DNA of 57,567 nucleotides. Origin: an uncultured Thermoanaerobaculia bacterium (lineage in GTDB: Bacteria > Acidobacteriota > Thermoanaerobaculia > Thermoanaerobaculales > Sulfomarinibacteraceae). Numbering within the stretch: the stretch's first letter is position 1; each line of letters begins with the position of its first letter. Made by a program: the position numbers and the translations under genes. The notes beneath the pieces were generated by a model. The model was given only the letters and a program-made list of their open reading frames with translations. It was not told where the DNA came from and did not search any database. Positions 51,516-57,567 of this stretch are shown here, piece after piece. The stretch lies in contig CAYTJW010000002.1 in NCBI GenBank assembly GCA_964438135.1, positions 1 to 57,567 on the forward strand. Reading direction: 5' to 3'.

Positions 51516-54293
51516 ATGAAGCCCTGGTACAAGATCATCACCCCCCGCGAGGACCTGCGCGAAGGGCGCCCGCTCGACGCCTCGGAGTTCGCCGTCCACC
51601 TCGACCACGTCCGCGACGGGCGCGCCCCGGCGGTCTACCAGGACCCGGCCGAGTTCTTCGACCGCACGTACCTCACCAGGAACCTGCGCGACCTCGCCGT
51701 GCAGGTCGTGCGCCGGCTCAACGGGGTGCAGGTCGAGACGTCGGCCGTGTTCAACCTCTCGACTCAGTTCGGCGGCGGCAAGACCCACGCGCTCACCCTG
51801 CTCTACCACCTCGCCCGCGGCGGCGCCAAGGCGAGGCGGTGGAAGGGGGTCGAGTACGTCCTGAGCGACGCGAAGGTCGACGGCGTCCCCGCGGCGGCGA
51901 CGGCGGTGTTCGTCGGCACCGAGTTCGACTCGCTCACCGGCCGCGGCGGGAGCGACGGCACGCCGCTCCGCCGGACGCCGTGGGGCGAGATCGCCTACCA
52001 GCTCGGCGGCGACGCTGCCTTCGCCCTCGTGGCCGAGCACGAGGCGGCGCTCACCGCCCCCGGTGGCGACGTCATCGAGAAGCTGCTGCCGAAGGACAAG
52101 CCCGCGCTCATCCTCCTCGACGAGCTGATGAACTACGTGAGCCGCAACCGCAAGGGCGGCCTCGCCGCGCAGCTCTACAGCTTCCTCCAGAGCCTGTCCG
52201 AGGTGGCCCGCGCCCGCGACAACGTCGTGCTCGCGGTGTCGATCCCGGCCTCGGAGCTCGAGATGAGCGCCGAGGACCAGTCGGACTTCGAGCGGTTCAA
52301 GAAGCTCCTCGACCGCCTCGGCAAGGCGATGGTCATGGCCGCCGAGGCCGAGACCTCGGAGATCATCCGGCGGCGGCTCTTCGAGTGGGGTGGCCTGCCG
52401 AAGGAGGCGAACGAGACCGCCGAGCAGTTCGGCGAGTGGATGCGCGCGAACAAGCAGCACCTGCCGAGCTGGTTCCCGACCGAGAGCGCCCGCCAGGCGA
52501 TCGCCGACACGTACCCGTTCCACCCCTCGGTGCTCTCGGTGTTCGAGCGCAAGTGGCGGGCCCTGCCCCGCTTCCAGCAGACCCGCGGGGTGCTCCGCCT
52601 CCTCGCCCTCTGGGTCTCGCGGGCGTACAGCGACGGGTTCAAGGGGGCGCACAAGGACCCGCTCATCACGCTCGGCACGGCCCCGCTCGACGACGCCCTG
52701 TTCCGGGCGGCCATGTTCGAGCAGCTCGGCGAGGCGCGGCTCGAGGCGGCGGTCACGACCGACATCGTCGGCAAGGCGCACGCCCACGCCGTGCGGCTCG
52801 ACGAGGAGGCCCACGCCGAGGTGAAGAAGGCCCGCCTCCACCGCAAGGTGGCGACGGCGGTGCTCTTCGAGTCGAACGGCGGCCAGCACCGCGGCGAGGC
52901 GACGGTGCCGGAGATCCGACTCGCGGTCGCCGAGCCCGACCTCGACATCGGCAACGTCGAGCAGTGCATCGAGGCGCTCGCCCAGGACTGCTACTACCTC
53001 GCCGCCGAGCGGAACCGCTACCGGTTCAGCTTCCAGCCGAACCTCAACAAGCTCCTCGCCGACCGGCGCGCGAGCGTCATGGCCACCGCCGTCGACCAGG
53101 CGGTGCGCACCGAGATCCAGAAGACGTTCGCCGCCGGCGGCGGCGTCGAGCGAGTCTACTTCCCCGAGCGCAGCAACCAGGTGCCGGACCGGCCGGTGCT
53201 CACCCTCGTCGTCGTCCCGCCCGACCAGACGGCGGGCGACAAGGCCACGGTCAAGGTGCTCGGCACGATGACCGCGGAGTGCGGCCACCAGGCGCGGACC
53301 TTCAAGAGCGGGATCATCTGGTGCGTCGCCGAGGACGGCGCCGGCCTCACCGAGGAGGCCCGGAAGCTCCTCGCCTGGCGGGACATCGAGGGCGACGCCG
53401 CGGAGCTGAAGCTCGACGACTCGCAGCGCCGCCAGCTCGGCGAGAGCTTGAAGCGCGCCGAGCGCGACCTGCGCGAGGCGGTCTGGCGCGCCTACAAGAA
53501 CCTCTACCTCCTCGGCGAGGACAACGAGCTGCACCGGGTCGACCTCGGCCTCGTCCACTCCAGCGCGGCGACGTCGCTCACCGAGCTCGTGGTCTCACGC
53601 CTGAAGCAGGAGGACGTTGTCGTCCCGAGCGTGAGCCCGAGCTTCCTCGTGCGCTACTGGCCACCGGCGCTGCCGGAGTGGAGCACGAAGCAGATCCGCG
53701 ACGCCTTCTACGCCTCGCCGAAGTTCCCGCGGCTCACGAGCGCCGACGCGGTGAGGGACACCATCTCACGCGGCCTCGACCAGGGCCAGTTCGCCTACGT
53801 GGGCAAGACGGCGGACGGCGCCTACGAGCCGTTCTACTACAAGCGGTCGCTCCCCGCGGCCGAGGTCGAGATCGGCGACGACGTGTACCTCATCCGCAAG
53901 GAGCAGGCCGAGGCGTACCTGGCGGCGCGGGCGAGCGGGACGCCGGCACCCGAGGCCGCGGTCGTGGCGGCTGGTGGCACGCCTGCGGGCGGTGAGCAGG
54001 TCCAGCCCGCCGGTGCCGCGCGGCCCGCCGAGGTGGTGAAGCCGACCAGTACGGAGCCCGCCACCGCCGAGATCGTGGAGGGCCTCACCTGGTCCGGCGA
54101 GCTGCCCCACGCCAAGTGGATGCTGTTCTTCACCAAGGTGCTCTCGCGCCTGGCGAAGACCGGCGGCCTGCGGCTAACCGTCTCGGTCGATGTGGACACC
54201 CCGAAGGGCATGCCAGCCTCCGCGATCGACGAGACCCGGGTCGCCCTGCGGGAGCTGGGGCTGAGCGAGCAGGTCAACCCGAAGGGGAGGTAG
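51516..54293 (+). CDS. DUF499-family P-loop ATPase
   Basis: ATG 51516 lies inside track ORF 51477..54293. The sequence is MKPWYKIITPREDLREGRPLDASEFAVHLDHV...STQFGGGKTHAL...LILLDELMNY. Confidence 0.85.
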   Translation: MKPWYKIITPREDLREGRPLDASEFAVHLDHVRDGRAPAVYQDPAEFFDRTYLTRNLRDLAVQVVRRLNGVQVETSAVFNLSTQFGGGKTHALTLLYHLARGGAKARRWKGVEYVLSDAKVDGVPAAATAVFVGTEFDSLTGRGGSDGTPLRRTPWGEIAYQLGGDAAFALVAEHEAALTAPGGDVIEKLLPKDKPALILLDELMNYVSRNRKGGLAAQLYSFLQSLSEVARARDNVVLAVSIPASELEMSAEDQSDFERFKKLLDRLGKAMVMAAEAETSEIIRRRLFEWGGLPKEANETAEQFGEWMRANKQHLPSWFPTESARQAIADTYPFHPSVLSVFERKWRALPRFQQTRGVLRLLALWVSRAYSDGFKGAHKDPLITLGTAPLDDALFRAAMFEQLGEARLEAAVTTDIVGKAHAHAVRLDEEAHAEVKKARLHRKVATAVLFESNGGQHRGEATVPEIRLAVAEPDLDIGNVEQCIEALAQDCYYLAAERNRYRFSFQPNLNKLLADRRASVMATAVDQAVRTEIQKTFAAGGGVERVYFPERSNQVPDRPVLTLVVVPPDQTAGDKATVKVLGTMTAECGHQARTFKSGIIWCVAEDGAGLTEEARKLLAWRDIEGDAAELKLDDSQRRQLGESLKRAERDLREAVWRAYKNLYLLGEDNELHRVDLGLVHSSAATSLTELVVSRLKQEDVVVPSVSPSFLVRYWPPALPEWSTKQIRDAFYASPKFPRLTSADAVRDTISRGLDQGQFAYVGKTADGAYEPFYYKRSLPAAEVEIGDDVYLIRKEQAEAYLAARASGTPAPEAAVVAAGGTPAGGEQVQPAGAARPAEVVKPTSTEPATAEIVEGLTWSGELPHAKWMLFFTKVLSRLAKTGGLRLTVSVDVDTPKGMPASAIDETRVALRELGLSEQVNPKGR

Positions 54294-54450
54294 CAGCAGA
54301 GGGGCCAGGCCGACGGCCACGAAGAGCGTTTCTCCTGTCCGTGCTGCCGTCCTGATGGTGCGACAGTCCCAAGGCAGTCTGCGAACGGGGTTGCCATGCG
54401 TTCGTCGCCGGGTGTACCAAGGATGTCCCAGCCTGCTACCCCACGACGAC

Positions 54451-54930
54451 ATGCGAACCGAGAGCTTCGACACGTCCCGGGCGCCCGAGGAGCCGCAGCG
54501 CCCGCTCCGCGCAAACCGCATCGCGGCGGACAGCGCGGGCATCCTAGAGCGGATGCGTGCGGCCAACTCCCGCATCACCCGCCGGCAGCGCGCGTCCGCC
54601 CTGCCCCAGGTTGAGGCGGGCCTGGACCAGCAGATCGGGGCGGCGGCCGTCGGGAACGAGATCCTGCGCGAGGTGCGCGCCAACCCGGAGATCGCGCTCG
54701 ACCCCGGCTGGTGGCAGCAGCGCTGGCCGGCGCGCGCCCGCGCCGACGTCTGGGACGCGGCGGCCATCGACGACACGACATTCCTCCTCCGCGACCCGCG
54801 GCTGCGCCAGGCGGCAGTGACCCGGGTCATCGAAACCATCGAGGAGGCGGTCGTACGGACCTGCGAGATCCGAGACGCCCTCGCGGCCATGCACCTCGTC
54901 CTCACGGAGACGCACGAGGTGCCGAACTAG
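54451..54930 (+). CDS. Hypothetical protein
   Basis: ATG 54451 lies inside track ORF 54355..54930. The composition is protein-like. No family was recognised. Confidence 0.4.
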   Translation: MRTESFDTSRAPEEPQRPLRANRIAADSAGILERMRAANSRITRRQRASALPQVEAGLDQQIGAAAVGNEILREVRANPEIALDPGWWQQRWPARARADVWDAAAIDDTTFLLRDPRLRQAAVTRVIETIEEAVVRTCEIRDALAAMHLVLTETHEVPN

Positions 54931-54988
54931 CGCGGGCTCGCGACGCGCGAAGGGGTGAGGTCTGACCAGCTCCACCCCCGACCCTCAG

Positions 54989-55315
54989 CTATCTCGCGGC
55001 GAGGGCCGATGCCGCGGCTGCGATCGCGCCGAGGGCGAGGAGTTCGCCCACGGCGACCATGGCGAAGACGCGGGCGCGGCTTCGTGCCTGGAGCAGCGCC
55101 CGCTCGGCGCCGCTCCCCGTCGCCGCACCCCTCGCCTGCACTGCCCGGGTCTGCACGTGCCTGCAGAACCGGCGGTTCGTGCAGCGGACCTGGAGCACCG
55201 TGAGGTCGGGCTCGTCGGAGCCGCAGTGCACGAGCGCGTGGTCCCCACGTCCAGCCTCGCGGCACGCCGGGCAGAACTGGCCGCAGAACGCCTCGAAGTA
55301 GACCCCGCCGCTCAT
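54989..55315 (-). CDS. Hypothetical Cys-rich protein with a hydrophobic C-terminus
   Basis: Track ORF of 108 aa with CGQFCPAC...HC...C...C and the C-terminal segment VFAMVAVGELLALGAIAAAASALAA. Confidence 0.4.
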   Translation of the reverse strand: MSGGVYFEAFCGQFCPACREAGRGDHALVHCGSDEPDLTVLQVRCTNRRFCRHVQTRAVQARGAATGSGAERALLQARSRARVFAMVAVGELLALGAIAAAASALAAR

Positions 55316-55776
55316 GGCAGTGGGCGGTCAGGGTCGGCGGGAAGCCCCGGGTAGTCGAGCGCGAGGTCCTCGGCGAGCTGGGGGTTCAGCTCGCTGTACG
55401 GGATCGGCGACCCGACGGCGCTCGGCCGCCGGTCGACCTGCCAGCTGTCGCGCTCGTCCTCGGGCACCGCGATCCTGGCCACCGCCTCCTCGAGCCGGGA
55501 GCGCTCCCGGTTCGCGAGGCGCTCGGCATCGGTGCGCGGGAGCCCGACGGCCCGCGGGAGGCGGCGGAAGCGCCAGCGCTGCATCGCGCTGAACAGCCGG
55601 CCGAGGAAGACGTACGCCTGGCCGGGGTCCATGCGGGGGAAGTCACGCCCCGCGTGGAGCGCGCGCCACTCCGGGGTCCGGCAGAACATCGCCCCGAGGC
55701 GATCGTGGACCGCAAGCTGCCTGGGTGTGGGCATAGTCGTGGGGGGGTAGGGACTGTCAAAGACCGGCGTGGGCAC
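55312..55776 (-). CDS. Hypothetical protein
   Basis: Track ORF of 154 aa. Its stop overlaps the start of the downstream gene by 4 nt. Confidence 0.45.
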   Translation of the reverse strand: MPTPVFDSPYPPTTMPTPRQLAVHDRLGAMFCRTPEWRALHAGRDFPRMDPGQAYVFLGRLFSAMQRWRFRRLPRAVGLPRTDAERLANRERSRLEEAVARIAVPEDERDSWQVDRRPSAVGSPIPYSELNPQLAEDLALDYPGLPADPDRPLP

Positions 55777-55919
55777 CGCACCGGTGGCGGCGACTCGCGT
55801 CGAAGCTGGTCAGCCTCGACGAGGCATATCGGTCCTGCACGAGCGATCGGCAAGGTCCGTTCGCACGTTCGCGAGGAAATCCCGGACGCCTGGACCCCGG
55901 GAGACTGTTCGCAGCGCCC

Positions 55920-56981
55920 TCAGGGGACCGTTCGCACCGCCCCAGCCGCGCTGAGGACTGACGCGAGGGCAGCCGGGTCGCTGCTCGCCGGGTCGCCACC
56001 GAGCCGGACCACGGCCGCCCGACCCCCGAGGGCCGCGGCGACCCGTGCGGCCCCCTCGCGGCCCGGTCCGTCGCCGTCGAGGGCCACGACGACGCGAGGG
56101 TACCGCGCCAGCGCGGCGAGCTGGTGCCCCGTCGCCTGGCACCCGAGGAGCGCGACCACGGCGGAGAACCCCGCCTGGCAGACGGCGAGGGCGTCGAACG
56201 GCCCTTCCACCACGACCACCGAGATGGTGTCCTCGGTCCCGGCGCCGGCGACCTGGCCGGGGTTGACGGAGGTCTCGGCGGCGCAGATCTCATTGGTGCG
56301 ACGCGAGTTGCTGGTGGCGGGGTGCGCGGCCGGGATGATGGCCACGTTGTCCGAGTTCACGATGTTGGTGTCGGTGCCGGTGGCCGACGCGACCGCGTGC
56401 TCGTTCAGGAGGAGGAGCCCCTTCCGCAGGCCCTTCTGGAACCGGTAGCGCGGCTCGAGGTCGGCATCCACCGCCCGGCCGACGTGCCCGACGAGGCGGC
56501 CGTCGGGCGTGCGGACCGGGAACACGACGCGCCCGCCGAAGGCGCCCTGCCCCCAGTGGTACCCGCAGCCGAAGCGCCGCGCCGTCTTCGGCGAGACCCC
56601 CCGGGAACGGAGGTACGGGTGGCAGGGGTCGAGGGGCCGGATCGCCGGCACCGGCGGGAGGGCGGCGAGCAGCCGCTCCCGCTCCCGCGCGAGGCGCTCT
56701 AGGTCGCGGGGCGACGGCACCGTGTGCGACCGGCCGTCCACCCAGGGCCGTGGGGGGACGCCGGGGGCGGCGGGGTCGCCCATCAGCTCGAGGAAGGCCG
56801 CGACCCCGCCGCCCCGGCCGCACGCGTGGCAGTAGAAGCCCCGGCCCGGGGAGATTGCGAAGCTCGTGGGGTTCGCGCCGCCGTGCAGCGGGCACGGCCC
56901 GCGGTACTGGCCCCCGTGGTGCGTGAGCTGGAGCCCGTAGCGGGCGATGACCTCCTCCCAGGACGGGAAGCGGGCGGGCAT
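55920..56981 (-). CDS. DnaG-type primase (CHC2 zinc finger plus Toprim), mobile-element type
   Basis: Internal ATG 56981 of track ORF 55920..57257. The zinc finger is GPCPLHGGANPTSFAISPGRGFYCHACGRGG and the Toprim motifs are VVVEGPFDALAV and VVALDGDGPG. Confidence 0.85.
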   Translation of the reverse strand: MPARFPSWEEVIARYGLQLTHHGGQYRGPCPLHGGANPTSFAISPGRGFYCHACGRGGGVAAFLELMGDPAAPGVPPRPWVDGRSHTVPSPRDLERLARERERLLAALPPVPAIRPLDPCHPYLRSRGVSPKTARRFGCGYHWGQGAFGGRVVFPVRTPDGRLVGHVGRAVDADLEPRYRFQKGLRKGLLLLNEHAVASATGTDTNIVNSDNVAIIPAAHPATSNSRRTNEICAAETSVNPGQVAGAGTEDTISVVVVEGPFDALAVCQAGFSAVVALLGCQATGHQLAALARYPRVVVALDGDGPGREGAARVAAALGGRAAVVRLGGDPASSDPAALASVLSAAGAVRTVP

Positions 56982-56982
56982 G

Positions 56983-57540
56983 TCAGTCCTCGCTCGGGTC
57001 CGCGCCGGCTGTCGGGGGGGCGGCCGTCGGAGTGGCGGGAGCCGTGGCCAGGGCGATACGCTGCGCGTCCTCCGCGACCGGCTGCCAGACGCCCGCAGCG
57101 AGCAGGCGGCGGCGGACGGCCTCGAGCGCCGCGGGCAGGGCGCGCTTCGCGGTGCCCTTCGCCGCGGTGAGCGGCACCAGCTCCCCGTGGGTGGTGAGCA
57201 CGTGGTTCTTCGCGGCGCGCTGGACCGACCGCACGCCCTCGAGCAGCCCCGCCTCACCTGCGGCAGTCGGCGTCCAGACCAGCGTGGTCAGGGTAGTTCC
57301 GGGCGGGAGTGCGACCGGGCCGACGCGGTGGTGGCGCGCGAGGTCGCGCTCGACCACGCCCACCTTGGCGGCCTTCTGGGCGCCGATGCGCCTCGGCGGC
57401 GTCTCGCCGAAGCCCGTCTCCACCTCCAGGGCGAAGGCGTCGGTACGCCGCGGGCCGCCGTCGGGTGACCACGTGACGGTGAAGAACGTGTCGGGCGCCC
57501 AGCCGGTCTGGCTGCCGTCGCGGGTCCGGCGCAGGCTCAC
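56983..57540 (-). CDS. Hypothetical protein (frame stays open to the window edge, so the start may lie outside)
   Basis: Track ORF of 185 aa. No stop occurs between 57541 and 57567 in this frame. It lies directly upstream of the primase gene. Confidence 0.45.
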   Translation of the reverse strand: MSLRRTRDGSQTGWAPDTFFTVTWSPDGGPRRTDAFALEVETGFGETPPRRIGAQKAAKVGVVERDLARHHRVGPVALPPGTTLTTLVWTPTAAGEAGLLEGVRSVQRAAKNHVLTTHGELVPLTAAKGTAKRALPAALEAVRRRLLAAGVWQPVAEDAQRIALATAPATPTAAPPTAGADPSED

Positions 57541-57567
57541 GTTCTTCAGCCCCAGCTCCAGGCTGGC

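Noticed and set aside
50415-53995. ORFs 50415..53558 (minus, 1047 aa) and 51839..53995 (plus, 718 aa)
   Set aside because: These are antisense or off-frame shadows of the DUF1156 and DUF499 genes. They are low in complexity and carry no motifs.

Overview
This is a very GC-rich bacterial chromosome segment (GC judged by eye, not computed). Many long ORFs in the track are antisense or off-frame shadows. I called genes from recognisable motifs, SD-like sequences and ATGA/GTGA stop-start overlaps.

**Backbone (nt 1-5501):** dnaG 3' end, rpoD, tRNA-Met(CAT), a COG1579-type zinc-ribbon protein, yggS and an M20 peptidase.

**Island boundary:** At 5557-5619 only the 3' part of a tRNA-Ser(UGA) gene remains. 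It is followed by three 10-bp-phased CGTTCTGA repeats and a tyrosine integrase. Everything from about 5.6 kb to the right edge (at least 52 kb) reads as a mosaic of integrated mobile and defence DNA:
1. 5.8-9.3 kb: integrase, SSB, DUF2958 and hypothetical proteins.
2. 9.3-11.3 kb: a visibly less GC-rich patch with a lipoprotein and a protein of seven 21-aa LRR-like repeats.
3. 11.3-15.5 kb: a translationally coupled operon of a GHKL-ATPase/PD-(D/E)xK fusion, a C5 cytosine methyltransferase and an endonuclease III-like glycosylase.
4. 16.0-23.1 kb: a leftward conjugative-element 'leading region' operon with ArdC, an N6-MTase-SNF2 giant protein, a second DUF2958 copy and small Zn-ribbon proteins.
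5. 23.4-29.1 kb: a replication-relaxation protein, HTH proteins, a soluble T4CP-like ATPase and a second integrase. The second integrase's ORF runs 312 nt into a third, convergent integrase (28838-29902).
6. 30048-30093: a 3' fragment of tRNA-Asp(GUC).
7. 30.5-39.6 kb, the most unusual locus: a DUF1848 gene, then a tightly coupled operon of carrier-protein-like, XRE, ImmA-type peptidase, thymidylate-synthase-fold protein, a dTMP-kinase-like domain fused to a thymidine-hypermodification-type helical domain, and a second thymidylate-synthase homologue. An IS21-family element (36424-39305, 5-bp duplication GAATC) cuts this operon 18 codons before its end.
8. 39.6-42.9 kb: a Gabija-like gajA/gajB pair.
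9. 43.0-54.3 kb: a SNF2/DUF3883 helicase, COG2865 regulator, DUF1156 methyltransferase and DUF499 ATPase system.
10. 54.4-57.6 kb: hypothetical genes and a CHC2-Toprim primase.

No CRISPR array, rRNA or complete tRNA other than tRNA-Met was seen. All family assignments come from reading the translations. None has been confirmed by a database search.
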